Below are positions 1 to 13,494 of a stretch of 64,000 bases of DNA, piece by piece (position 1 is the stretch's first letter; every line of letters starts with the position of its first letter). The translations under genes and the position numbers were made by a program. The stretch is from Eledone cirrhosa. Taxonomy: Eukaryota. Location of the stretch: the NCBI GenBank assembly GCA_964016885.1, contig OZ024741.1, positions 72,168,001-72,232,000 of the forward strand, written 5' to 3'. The notes below the pieces were generated by a model. The model was not told where the DNA came from. It did not search any database and saw nothing but the letters and a program-made list of their open reading frames with translations.

Positions 1-899
1 ATTGACTGGGAGAGGCAGTGTTTTTATGGTGGTGTTGTAGTTACTTGATTGACTGGGAGAGACAGTGTTTTTATGGTGGTGTTGTAGAGTCTTGATTGAC
101 TGGGAGAGACAGTGTTTTTATGGTTGTGTTGTAGTGACTTGATTGACTGGGAGAGACAGTGTTTTTATGGTGGTTTTGTAGTGTCTTGATTGACTGGGAG
201 AGACAGTGTTTTTATGGTGGTGTTGTTGTGTCTTGATTGACTGGGAGAGACAGTGTTTTTATTGTGGTGTTGTAGTGTCTTGATTAACTCGAAGAGACAG
301 TGTTTTTATGGTGGTGTTGTAGTGTCTTGATTTACTGGGAGAGGCAGTGTTTTTATGGCGGTGTTGTAGTTTCTTGATTGACCGGGAGAGACAGTGTTTT
401 TATGGTGGTGTTGTAGACTCTTGATTGACTGGGAGAGAGTGTTTTTATGGTGGTATTGTAGTGTCTTGATTGACTGGGAGAGAGAATGTTTTTATGGTGG
501 TGTTGTAGTGTCTTAATTGAATGGGAGAGTGTGTTTTTATGGTGGTTTTGTAGTGTCTTGATTGACTGGGAGAGAGTGTTTTTATGGTGGTGTTGTTGTG
601 TCTTGATTGACTGGGAGAGACAGTGTTTTTATGGTGGTGTTGTTGTGTCTTGATTGACTGGTAGAGACAGTTTTTTTATTGTGGTGTTGTAGTGTCTTGA
701 TTGACTCGAAGAGACAGTGTTTTTATGGTGGTGTTGTAGTGTCTTGATTTACTGGGAGAGGCAGTGTTTTTATGGCGGTGTTCTAGTGTCTTGATTGACT
801 GGGAGAGACAGTGTTTTTATGGGGTGTTGTCGTGTCTTGATTGACTGGGAGAGACAGTGTTTTTATTGTGGTGTTGTAGTGTCTTGATTAACTCGAAGA

Positions 900-3800
900 G
901 ACAGTGTTTTTATGGTGGTGTTGTAGTGTCTTGATTTACTGGGAGAGGCAGTGTTTTTATGGCGGTGTTGTAGTTTCTTGATTGACTGGGAGAGACAGTG
1001 TTTTTATGGTGGTGTTGTAGACTCTTGATTGACTGGGAGAGAGTGTTTTTATGGTGGTATTGTAGTGTCTTGAATGACTGGGAGAGAGAATGTTTTCATG
1101 GTGGTGTTGTAGTGTCTTAATTGAATGGGAGAGTGTGTTTTTATGGTGGTGTTGTAGTGTTTTAATTGAATGGGAGAGTGTGTTTTTATGGTGGTTTTGT
1201 AGTGTCTTGATTTACTGGGAGAGGCAGTGTTTTTATCGCGGTGTTGTAGTTTCTTGATTGACTGGGAGAGACAGTGTTTTTATGGTGGTGTTGTAGACTC
1301 TTGATTGACTGGGAGAGAGTGTTTTTATGGTGGTATTGTAGTGTCTTGATTGACTGGGAGAGAGAATATTTTTATGGTGGTGTTGTAGTGTCTTAATTGA
1401 ATGGGAGAGTGTGTTTTTATGGTGCTGTTGTAGTGTCTTGATTGACTGGGAGAGACAGTGTTTTTATGGTGGTGGTGTAGAGTCTTGATTGACTGGGAGA
1501 AAGTGTTTTTATGGTGGTGTTGTAGAGTATTGATTGACTGGGAGAGACAGTGTTTTTATGGTGGTGTTGTAGTGTCTTGATTGACTGGGAGAGACAGTGT
1601 TTTTATGGTGGTGTTGTAGTGTCTTGATTGACTCGAAGAGACAGTGTTTTTATGGTGGTGTTGTAGTGTCTTGATTTACTGGGAGAGGCAGTGTTTTTAT
1701 GGCGGTGTTGTAGTTTCTTGATTGACTGGGAGAGACAGTGTTTTTATGGTGGTGTTGTAGACTCTTGATTGACGGGGAGAGAGTGTTTTTATGGTGGTAT
1801 TGTAGTGTCTTGATTGACTGGGAGAGAGAGTGTTTTTATGGCGGTGTTGTAGTGTCTTAATTGAATGGGAGAGTGTGTTTTTATGGTGGTATTGTAGTGT
1901 CTTAATTGAATGGGAGAGTGTGTTTTTATGGTGGTTTTGTAGTGTCTTGATTGACTGGGAGAGAGTGTTTTTATGGTGGTGTTGGAGTGTCTTGATTGAC
2001 TCGGAGAGAGAGTTTTTGTATGGTGGTGTTGTATTGACTTGATTGACTGGGAGAGACAGTGTTTTTATGGTGCTGTTGTAGTGTCTTGATTGACTGGGAG
2101 AGACACTGTTTTTATGGTGGTGTTGTTGTGTCTTGATTGACTCGAAGAGACAGTGTTTTTATGGTGGTGTTGTAGTGTCCTGATTTACTGGGAGAGGCAG
2201 TGTTTTTATGGCGGTGTTGTAGTGTCTTGATTGACTGGGAGAGGCAGTGTTTTTATGGTGGTGTTGTAGTTGCTTGAATGACTGGGAGAGACAGTGTTTT
2301 TATGGTGGTGTTGTAGTGTCTTAATTGACTGGGAGAGACACTGTTTTTATGGTGGTGTTGTAGTTTCTTGATTGACTGGCAGAGACAGTGTTTTTATGGT
2401 GGTGTTGTAGTTTCTTGATTGACTGGGAGAGAGTGTTTTTATGGTGGTGTTGTAGTGTCTTGATTGACTGGGAGAGACAGTGTTTTTATGGTGGTGTTGT
2501 AGTGACTTGATTGACTGGGAGAGACAGTGTTTTTATGGTGGTGTTGTTGTGTCTTGATTGACTGGTAGAGACAGTGTTTTTATTGTGGTGTTGTAGTGTC
2601 TTGATTGACTGGGAGAGAGTGTTTTTATGATGGTGTTGTAGAGTATTGATTGACTGGGAGAGACAGTGTTTTTATGGTGGTGTTGTAGTGTCTTGATTGA
2701 CTGGGAGAGGCAGTGTTTTTATGGTGGTGTTGTAGTTGCTTGATTGACTGGGAGAGACAGTGTTTTTATTATGGTGGTGATGTAGTGTCTTGATTGACTG
2801 GGAAGGCAGTGTTTTTATGGTGGTGTGGTAGTGACTTGATTGACTGGGAGAGACACTGCTTTTATGGTGCTGTTGTTGTGTCTTGATTGACTGGGAGAGA
2901 CCGTGTTTTTATGGTGGTGTTGTTTTGTCTTGATTGACTGGTAGAGACAGTGTTTTTATTGTGGTGTTGTAGTGTCTTGATTGAGTGGGAGAGACAGTGT
3001 TTTTATGGTGGTGGTGTAGAGTCTTGATTGACTGGGAGAGAGTGTTTTTATGGTGGTGTTGTTGTATCTTAATTTACTGGGAGAGGCAGTGTTTTTATGG
3101 CGGTGTCGTAATTTCTTGATTGACTGGGAGAGACAGTGTTTTTATGGTGGTGCTGTAGTGTCTTGATTGACTGGGAGAGGCAGTGTTTTTATGGTGGTGT
3201 TGTAGTTGCTTGATTGACTGGGAGAGACAGTGTTTTTATGGTGGTGTTGTAGTGTCTTGATTGACTGGGAGAGACAGTGTTTTTATGGTTGTGTTGTAGT
3301 GACTTGATTGACTGGGAGAGACAGTGTTTTTATGGTGGTTTTGTAGTGTCTTGATTGACTGGGAGAGACAGTGTTTTTATGGTGGTGTTGTTGTGTCTTG
3401 ATTGACTGGGAGAGACAGTGTTTTTATTGTGGTGTTGTAGTGTCTTGATTGACTGGGAGAGACACTGTTTTTATGGTGGTGTTGTAGTGTCTTGATTTAC
3501 TGGGAGAGGCAGTGTTTTTATGGCGGTGTTGTAGTTTCTTGATTGACTGGGAGAGACAGTGTTTTTATGGTGGTGTTGTAGACTCTTGATTGACTGGGAG
3601 AGAGTGTTTTTATGGTGGTATTGTAGTGTCTTGAATGACTGGGAGAGAGAATGTTTTCATGGTGGTGTTGTAGTGTCTTAATTGAATGGGAGAGTGTGTT
3701 TTTATGGTGGTGTTGTAGTGTTTTAATTGAATGGGAGAGTGTGTTTTTATGGTGGTTTTGTAGTGTCTTGATTTACTGGGAGAGGCAGTGTTTTTATCGC

Positions 3801-6281
3801 GGTGTTGTAGTTTCTTGATTGACTGGGAGAGACAGTGTTTTTATGGTGGTGTTGTAGACTCTTGATTGACTGGGAGAGAGTGTTTTTATGGTGGTATTGT
3901 AGTGTCTTGATTGACTGGGAGAGAGAATATTTTTATGGTGGTGTTGTAGTGTCTTAATTGAATGGGAGAGTGTGTTTTTATGGTGCTGTTGTAGTGTCTT
4001 GATTGACTCGAAGAGACAGTGTTTTTATGGTGGTGTTGTAGTGTCTTGATTTACTGGGAGAGGCAGTGTTTTTATGGCGGTGTTGTAGTTTCTTGATTGA
4101 CTGGGAGAGACAGTGTTTTTATGGTGGTGTTGTAGTGTCTTGATTGACTGGGAGAGACAGTGTTTTTATGGTTGTGTTGTAGTGACTTGATTGACTGGGA
4201 GAGACAGTGTTTTTATGGTGGTTTTGTAGTGTCTTGATTGACTGGGAGAGACAGTGTTTTTATGGTGGTGGTGTAGAGTCTTGATTGACTGGGAGAAAGT
4301 GTTTTTATGGTGGTGTTGTAGAGTATTGATTGACTGGGAGAGACAGTGTTTTTATGGTGGTGTTGTAGTGTCTTGATTGACTGGGAGAGACAGTGTTTTT
4401 ATGGTGGTGTTGTAGTGTCTTGATTGACTCGAAGAGACAGTGTTTTTATGGTGGTGTTGTAGTGTCTTGATTTACTGGGAGAGGCAGTGTTTTTATGGCG
4501 GTGTTGTAGTTTCTTGATTGACTGGGAGAGACAGTGTTTTTATGGTGGTGTTGTAGACTCTTGATTGACGGGGAGAGAGTGTTTTTATGGTGGTATTGTA
4601 GTGTCTTGATTGACTGGGAGAGAGAGTGTTTTTATGGCGGTGTTGTAGTGTCTTAATTGAATGGGAGAGTGTGTTTTTATGGTGGTATTGTAGTGTCTTA
4701 ATTGAATGGGAGAGTGTGTTTTTATGGTGGTTTTGTAGTGTCTTGATTGACTGGGAGAGAGTGTTTTTATGGTGGTGTTGGAGTGTCTTGATTGACTCGG
4801 AGAGAGAGTTTTTGTATGGTGGTGTTGTATTGACTTGATTGACTGGGAGAGACAGTGTTTTTATGGTGCTGTTGTAGTGTCTTGATTGACTGGGAGAGAC
4901 ACTGTTTTTATGGTGGTGTTGTTGTGTCTTGATTGACTCGAAGAGACAGTGTTTTTATGGTGGTGTTGTAGTGTCCTGATTTACTGGGAGAGGCAGTGTT
5001 TTTATGGCGGTGTTGTAGTGTCTTGATTGACTGGGAGAGGCAGTGTTTTTATGGTGGTGTTGTAGTTGCTTGAATGACTGGGAGAGACAGTGTTTTTATG
5101 GTGGTGTTGTAGTGTCTTGATTGACTGGGAGAGACACTGTTTTTATGGTGGTGTTGTAGTTTCTTGATTGACTGGCAGAGACAGTGTTTTTATGGTGGTG
5201 TTGTAGTTTCTTGATTGACTGGGAGAGAGTGTTTTTATGGTGGTGTTGTAGTGTCTTGATTGACTGGGAGAGACAGTGTTTTTATGGTGGTGTTGTAGTG
5301 ACTTGATTGACTGGGAGAGACAGTGTTTTTATGGTGGTGTTGTTGTGTCTTGATTGACTGGTAGAGACAGTCTTTTTATTGTGGTGTTGTAGTGTCTTGA
5401 TTGACTGGGAGAGAGTGTTTTTATGATGGTGTTGTAGAGTATTGATTGACTGGGAGAGACAGTGTTTTTATGGTGGTGTTGTAGTGTCTTGATTGACTGG
5501 GAGAGGCAGTGTTTTTATGGTGGTGTTGTAGTTGCTTGATTGACTGGGAGAGACAGTGTTTTTATTATGGTGGTGATGTAGTGTCTTGATTGACTGGGAA
5601 GGCAGTGTTTTTATGGTGGTGTGGTAGTGACTTGATTGACTGGGAGAGACACTGCTTTTATGGTGCTGTTGTTGTGTCTTGATTGACTGGGAGAGACCGT
5701 GTTTTTATGGTGGTGTTGTTTTGTCTTGATTGACTGGTAGAGACAGTGTTTTTATTGTGGTGTTGTAGTGTCTTGATTGAGTGGGAGAGACAGTGTTTTT
5801 ATGGTGGTGGTGTAGAGTCTTGATTGACTGGGAGAGAGTGTTTTTATGGTGGTGTTGTTGTATCTTAATTTACTGGGAGAGGCAGTGTTTTTATGGCGGT
5901 GTCGTAATTTCTTGATTGACTGGGAGAGACAGTGTTTTTATGGTGGTGCTGTAGTGTCTTGATTGACTGGGAGAGGCAGTGTTTTTATGGTGGTGTTGTA
6001 GTTGCTTGATTGACTGGGAGAGACAGTGTTTTTATGGTGGTGTTGTAGTGTCTTGATTGACTGGGAGAGACAGTGTTTTTATGGTTGTGTTGTAGTGACT
6101 TGATTGACTGGGAGAGACAGTGTTTTTATGGTGGTTTTGTAGTGTCTTGATTGACTGGGAAAGACAGTGTTTTTATGGTGGTGTTGTTGTGTCTTGATTG
6201 ACTGGGAGAGACAGTGTTTTTATTGTGGTGTTGTAGTGTCTTGATTGACTGGGAGAGACACTGTTTTTATGGTGGTGTTGT
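900..6281 (+). repeat. Higher-order tandem duplication inside satellite, period 2561/2796 bp
   Basis: Rare variants recur at +2796 (GACGGGGAG 1771/4567, CCGTG 2901/5697, GTCGTAATT 3105/5901, identical ORFs 1830/4626) and at +2561 (TTTATCGCG ~1232/3793). The difference of 235 bp is 5 monomers. Confidence 0.9.
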
Positions 6282-9200
6282 TGTGTCTTGATTGACTCGA
6301 AGAGACAGTGTTTTTATGGTGGTGTTGTAGTGTCCTGATTTACTGGGAGAGGCAGTGTTTTTATGGCGGTGTTGTAGTGTCTTGATTAACTGGGAGAGGC
6401 AGTGTTTTTATGGTGGTGTTGTAGTTGCTTGAATGACTGGGAGAGACAGTGTTTTTATGGTGGTGTTGTAGTGTCTTGATTGACTGGGAGAGACAGTGTT
6501 TTTATGGTGGTGTTGTAGTTTCTTGATTGACTGGGAGAGAGTGTTTTTATGGTGGTGTTGTAGTGTCTTGATTGACTGGGAGAGACAGTGTTTTTATGGT
6601 GGTGTTGTAGTGACTTGATTGACTGGGAGAGACAGTGTTTTTATGGTGGTGTTGTTGTGTCTTGATTGACTGGTAGAGACAGTGTTTTTATTGTGGTGTT
6701 GTAGTGTCTTGATTGACTGGGAGAGAGTGTTTTTATGATGGTGTTGTAGAGTATTGATTGACTGGGAGAGACAGTGTTTTTATGGTGGTGTTGTAGTGTC
6801 TTGATTGACTGGGAGAGGCAGTGTTTTTATGGTGGTGTTGTAGTTGCTTGATTGACTGGGAGAGACAGTGTTTTTATTATGGTGGTGATGTAGTGTCTTG
6901 ATTGACTGGGAAGGCAGTGTTTTTATGGTGGTGTGGTAGTGACTTGATTGACTGGGAGAGACACTGTTTTTATGGTGCTGTTGTTGTGTCTTGATTGACT
7001 GGGAGAGACAGTGTTTTTATGGTGGTGTTGTTTTGTCTTGATTGACTGGTAGAGACAGTGTTTTTATTGTGGTGTTGTAGTGTCTTGATTGAGTGGGAGA
7101 GACAGTGTTTTTATGGTGGTGGTGTAGAGTCTTGATTGACTGGGAGAGAGTGTTTTTATGGTGGTGTTGTAGTTGCTTGATTGACTGGGAGAGACAGTGT
7201 TTTTATGGTGGTGTTGTAGTGTCTTGATTGACTGGGAGAGACAGTGTTTTTATGGTTGTGTTGTAGTGACTTGATTGACTGGGAGAGACAGTGTTTTTAT
7301 GGTGGTTTTGTAGTGTCTTGATTGACTGGGAGAGACAGTGTTTTTATGGTGGTGTTGTAGTTGATTGATTGACTGGGAGAGACAGTGTTTTTATGGTGGT
7401 GTTGTAGTGTCTTGATTGACTGGGAGAGGCAGTGTTTTTATGGTTGTGTTGTAGTGACTTGATTGACTGGGAGAGACAGTGTTTTTATGGTGGTTTTGTA
7501 GTGTCTTGATTGACTGGGAGAGACAGTGTTTTTATGGTGGTGTTGTTGTGTCTTAATTGACTGGGAGAGACAGTGTTTTTATGGTGGTGTTGTTGTGTCT
7601 TGATTAACTCGAAGAGACAGTGTTTTTATGGTGGTGTTGTAGTGTCTTGATTTACTGGGAGAGGCATTGTTTTTATGGTGGTGTTGTAGACTCTTGATTG
7701 ACTGGGAGAGAGTGTTTTTATGGTGGTATTGTAGTGTCTTGATTGACTGGGAGAGAGAATGTTTTTATGGTGGTGTTGTAGTGTCTTAATTGAATGGGAG
7801 AGTGTGTTTTTATGGTGGTTTTGTAGTGCCTTGATTGACTGGGAGAGAGTGTTTTTATGGTGGTGTTGGAGTATCTTGATTGACTGGGAGAGAGAGTGTT
7901 TTGTTGGTGGTGTTGTTGTGTCTTGATTGACTGGGAGAGACAGTGTTTTTATGGTGGTGTTGTTGTGTCTTGATTGACTCGAAGAGACAGTGTTTTTATG
8001 GTGGTGTTGTAGTGTCCTGATTTACTGGGAGAGGCAGTGTTTTTATGGCGGTGTTGTAGTTTCTCGATTGACTGGGAGAGACAGTGTTTTTATGGCGGTG
8101 TCGTAATTACTTGATTGACTGGGAGAGACAGTGTTTTTATGGTGGTGCTGTAGTGTCTCGATTGACTGGGAGAGGCAGTGTTTTTATGGTGGTGTTGTAG
8201 ATGCTTGATTGACTGGGAGAGACAGTGTTCTTATGGTGGTTTTGTAGTGTCTTGATTGACTGGGAGAGACAGTGTTTTTATGGTGGTGTTGTTGTGTCTT
8301 GATTGACTGGGAGAGACAGTGTTTTTATTGTGGTGTTGTAGTGTCTTGATTAACTCGAAGAGACAGTGTTTTTATGGTGGTGTTGTAGTGTCTTGATTTA
8401 CTGGGAGAGGCAGTGTTTTTATGGCGGTGTTGTAGTTTCTTGATTGACCGGGAGAGACAGTGTTTTTATGGTGGTGTTGTAGACTCTTGATTGACTGGGA
8501 GAGAGAATGTTTTTATGGTGGTGTTGTAGTGTCTTAATTGAATGGGAGAGTGTGTTTTTATGGTGGTTTTGTAGTGTCTTGATTGACTGGGAGAGAGTGT
8601 TTTTATGGTGGTGTTGGAGTATCTTGATTGACTGGGAGAGACAGTGTTTTTATGGTGGTGTTGTTGTGTCTTGATTGACTGGGAGAGACAGTGTTTTTAT
8701 GGTGGTATTGTAGTGTCTTGATTGACTGGGAGAGAGAATGTTTTTATGGTGGTGTTGTAGTGTCTTAATTGAATGGGAGAGTGTGTTTTTATGGTGGTTT
8801 TGTAGTGTCTTGATTGACTGGGAGAGAGTGTTTTTATGGTGGTGTTGGAGTATCTTGATTGACTGGGAGAGACAGTGTTTTTATGGTGGTGTTGTTGTGT
8901 CTTGATTGACTGGGAGAGACAGTGTTTTTATGGTGGTGTTGTTGTGTCTTGATTGACTGGTAGAGACAGTTTTTTTATTGTGGTGTTGTAGTGTCTTGAT
9001 TGACTCGAAGAGACAGTGTTTTTATGGTGGTGTTGTAGTGTCCTGATTTACTGGGAGAGGCACTGTTTTTATGGCGGTGTTGTAGTGTCTTGATTGACTG
9101 GGAGAGGCAGTGTTTTTATGGTGGTGTTGTAGTTGCTTGATTGACTGGGAGAGACAGTGTTTTTATGGTAGTGTTGTAGTGTCTTGATTGACTGGGAGAG

Positions 9201-12200
9201 GCAGTGTTTTTATGGTGGTGTTGTAGTTGCTTGATTGACTGGGAGAGACAGTGTTTTTATGGTGGTGTTGTTGTGTCTTGATTGACTGGTAGAGACAGTT
9301 TTTTTATTGTGGTGTTGTAGTGTCTTGATTTACTGGGAGAGGCAGTGTTTTTATGGCGATGTTGTAGTGTCTTGATTGACTGGGAGAGACCGTGTTTTTA
9401 TGGTGGTGTTGTTGTGTCTTGATTGACTCGAAGAGACAGTGTTTTTATGGTGGTGGTGTTGTGTCTTGATTGACTGGTAGAGACAGTGTTTTTATTGTGG
9501 TGTTGTAGTGTCTTGATTGACTGGGAGAGACAGTGTTTTTATGGTGGTGTTGTAGTGTCTTGATTTACTGGGAGAGGCAGTGTTTTTATGGCGGTGTTGT
9601 AGTTTCTTGATTGACTGGGAGAGACAGTGTTTTTATGGTGGTGTTGTAGTGTCTTGATTGACTGGGAGAGGCAGTGTTTTTATGGTGGTGTTGTAGTGTC
9701 TTGATTGACTGGGAGAGACAGTGTTTTTATGGTGGTGTTGTAGTGTCTTGATTGACTGGGAGAGACAGTGTTTTTATGGTGGTGTTGTAGTTTCTTGATT
9801 GACTGGGAGAGAGTGTTTTTATGCTGGTGTTGTAGTGTCTTGATTGACTGGGAAGGCAGTGTTTTTATGGTGGTGTGGTAGTGACTTGATTGACTGGGAG
9901 AGACAGTGTTTTTATGGTGGTGTTGTTGTGTCTTGATTGACTGGGAGAGACAGTGTTTTTATGGTGGTGTTATTTTGTCTTGATTGACTGGTAGAGACAG
10001 TGTTTTTATTGTGGTGTTGTAGTGTCTTGATTGACTCGAAGAGACAGTGTTTTTATGGTGGTGTTATTGTGTCTTAATTTACTGGGAGAGGCAGTGTTTT
10101 TATGGCGGTGTCGTAATTTCTTGATTGACTGGGAGAGACAGTGTTTTTATGGTGGTGCTGTAGTGTCTTGATTGACTGGGAGAGGCAGTGTTTTCATGGT
10201 GGTGTTGTAGTTGCTTGATTGACTGGGAGAGACAGTGTTTTTATGGTTGTGTTGTAGTGACTTGATTGACTGGGAGAGACAGTGTTTTTATGGTGGTTTT
10301 GTAGTGTCTTGATTGACTGGGAGAGACAGTGTTTTTATGGTGGTGTTGTTGTGTCTTGATTGACTGGGAGAGACAGTATTTTTATTGTGGTGTTGTAGTG
10401 TCTTGATTAACTCGAAGAGACAGTGTTTTTATGGTGGTGTTGTAGTGTCTTGATTTACTGGGAGAGGCAGTGTTTTTATGGCGGTGTTGTAGTTTCTTTA
10501 TTGACTGGGAGAGACAGTGTTTTTATGGTGGTGTTGTAGACTCTTGATTGACTGGGAGAGAGTGTTTTTATGGTGGTATTGTAGTGTCTTGATTGACTGG
10601 GAGAGAGAATGTTTTTATGGTGGTGTTGTAGTGTCTTAATTGAATGGGAGAGTGTGTTTTTATGGTGGTTTTGTAGTGACTTGATTGACTGGGAGAGAGT
10701 GTTTTTATGGTGGTGTTGGAGTATCTTGATTGACTGGGAGAGACAGTGTTTTTATGGTGGTGTTGTTGTGTCTTGATTGACTGGTAGAGACAGTTTTTTT
10801 ATTGTGGTGTTGTAGTGTCTTGATTGACTCGAAGCAACAGTGTTTTTATGGTGGTGTTGTAGTGTCTTGATTTACTGGGAGAGGCAGTGTTTTTATGGCG
10901 GTGTTGTAGTGTCCTGATTTACTGGGAGAGGCAGTGTTTTTATGGTGGTGTTGTAGTTGCTTGACTGACTGGGAGAGACAGTGTTTTTATGGTGGTGTTG
11001 TAGTGTCTTGATTGACTGGGAGAGACACTGTTTTTATGGTGGTGTTGTAGTTTCTTGATTTACTGGTAGAGACAGTGTTTTTATTGTGGTGTTGTAGTGT
11101 CTTGATTGACTCGAAGAGGCAGTGTTTTTATGGTGGTGTTGTTGTGTCTTGATTTACTGGGAGAGGCAGTGTTTTTATGGCGGTGTTGTAATTTCTTGAT
11201 TGACTGGGAGAGACAGAGTTTTTATGGTGGTGTTGTAGTGTCTTGATTGACTGGGAGAGGCAGTATTTTTATGGTGGTGTTGTAGTTGCTTGATTGACTG
11301 GGAGAGACAGTGTTTTTATGGTGGTGTTGTAGTGTCTTGATTGACTGGGAGAGACACTGTTTTTATGGTGGTGTTGTAGTTTCTTGATTGACTGGGAGAG
11401 ACACTGTTTTTATGGTGGTGTTGTAGTTTCTTGATTGACTGGGAGAGAGTGTTTTTATGGTGGTGCTGTAGTGTCTTGATTGACTGGGAGAGACAGTGTT
11501 TTTATGGTGGTGTTGTAGTGACTCTATTGAATGGGAGAGTGTGTTTTTATGGTGGTTTTGTAGTGTCTTGATTGACTGGGAGAGACAGTGTTTTTATTGT
11601 GGTGTTGTAGTGTCTTGATTGACTCGAAGAGACAGTGTTTTTATGGTGGTGTTGTAGTTGCTTGATTGACTGGTAGAGACAGTGTTTTTATGGTGGTGCT
11701 GTAGTGTCTTGATTGACTCGAAGAGACAGTGTTTTTATGGTGGTGTTGTAGTTTCTTGATTGACTGGGAGAGACAGTGTTTTTATGGTGGTGTTGTAGTT
11801 TCTTGATTGACTGGGAGAGACAGTGTTTTTATGGTGATGTTGTAGTGTCCTGATTGACTGGGAGAGGCAGTGTTTTTATGGTGGTGTTGTAGTTGCTTGA
11901 CTGACTGGGAGAGACAGTGTTTTTATGGTGGTGTTGTAGTGTCTTGATTGACTGGGAGAGACACTGTTTTTATGGTGGTGTTGTAGTTTCTTGATTGACT
12001 GGGAGAGACAGTGTTTTTATGGTGGTGTTGTAGCTTCTTGACTGGGAGAGAGTGTTTTTATGGTGGTGTTGTAGTGTCTTGATTGACTGGGAGAGACAGT
12101 GTTTTTATGGTGGTGTTGTAGTGACTTGATTCACTGGGAGAGACAGTGTTTTTATGGGGGTGTTGTTGTGTCTTGATTGACTGGTAGAGACAGTGTTTTT

Positions 12201-13494
12201 ATGGTGGTGTTGTAGTGTCTTGATTGACTCGATGAGACAGTGTTTTTATGGTGGTGTTGTAGTTTCTTGATTGACTGGGAGAGACAGTGTTTTTATGGTG
12301 GTGTTGTTGTGTCTTGATTGACTGGTAGAGACAGTGTTTTTATGGTGGTGTTGTAGTGTCTTGATTGACTCGAAGAGACAGTGTTTTTATGGTGGTGTTG
12401 TAGTGTCTTGATTGACTGGGAGAGGCAGTGTTTTTATGGTGGTGTTGTAGTTGCTTGATTGACTGGGAGAGACAGTGTTTTTATGGTGGTGTCGTAGTTT
12501 CTTGAATGACTGGGAGAGAGTGTTTTTATGGTGGTGTTGTAGTGTCTTGATTGACTGGGAGAGACACTGTTTTTATGGTGGTGTTGTAGTTTCTTGATTG
12601 ACTGGGAGAGACAGTGTTTTTATGGTGGTGTTGTAGTTTCTTGATTGACTGGGAGAGATTGTTTTTATGGTGGTATTGTAGTGTCTTGATTGACTGGGAG
12701 AGACAGTGTTTTTATGGTGGTGTTGTAGTGACTTGATTGACTGGGAGAGACACTGTTTTTATGGTGGTGTTGTTGTGTCTTGATTGACTGGGAGAGACAG
12801 TGTTTTTATGGTGGTGTTGTTTTGTCTTGATTTACTGGTAGAGACAGTGTTTTTATTGTGGTGTTGTAGTGTCTTGATTGACTCGAAGAGGCAGTGTTTT
12901 TATGGTGGTGTTGTTGTGTCTTGATTTACTGGGAGAGGCAGTGTTTTTATGGCGGTGTTGTAATTTCTTGATTGACTGGGAGAGACAGAGTTTTTATGGT
13001 GGTGTTGTAGTGTCTTGATTGACTGGGAGAGGCAGTATTTTTATGGTGGTGTTGTAGTTGCTTGATTGACTGGGAGAGACAGTGTTTTTATGGTGGTGTT
13101 GTAGTGTCTTGATTGACTGGGAGAGACACTGTTTTTATGGTGGTGTTGTAGTTTCTTGATTGACTGGGAGAGACACTGTTTTTATGGTGGTGTTGTAGTT
13201 TCTTGATTGACTGGGAGAGAGTGTTTTTATGGTGGTGCTGTAGTGTCTTGATTGACTGGGAGAGACAGTGTTTTTATGGTGGTGTTGTAGTGACTCTATT
13301 GAATGGGAGAGTGTGTTTTTATGGTGGTTTTGTAGTGTCTTGATTGACTGGGAGAGAGTGTTTTTATGGTGGTGTTGGAGTGTCTTGATTGACTCGGAGA
13401 GAGAGTTTTTGTATGGTGGTGTTGTATTGACTTGATTGACTGGGAGAGACAGTGTTTTTATGGTGGTGTTGTAGTGTCTTGATTGACTGGGAGA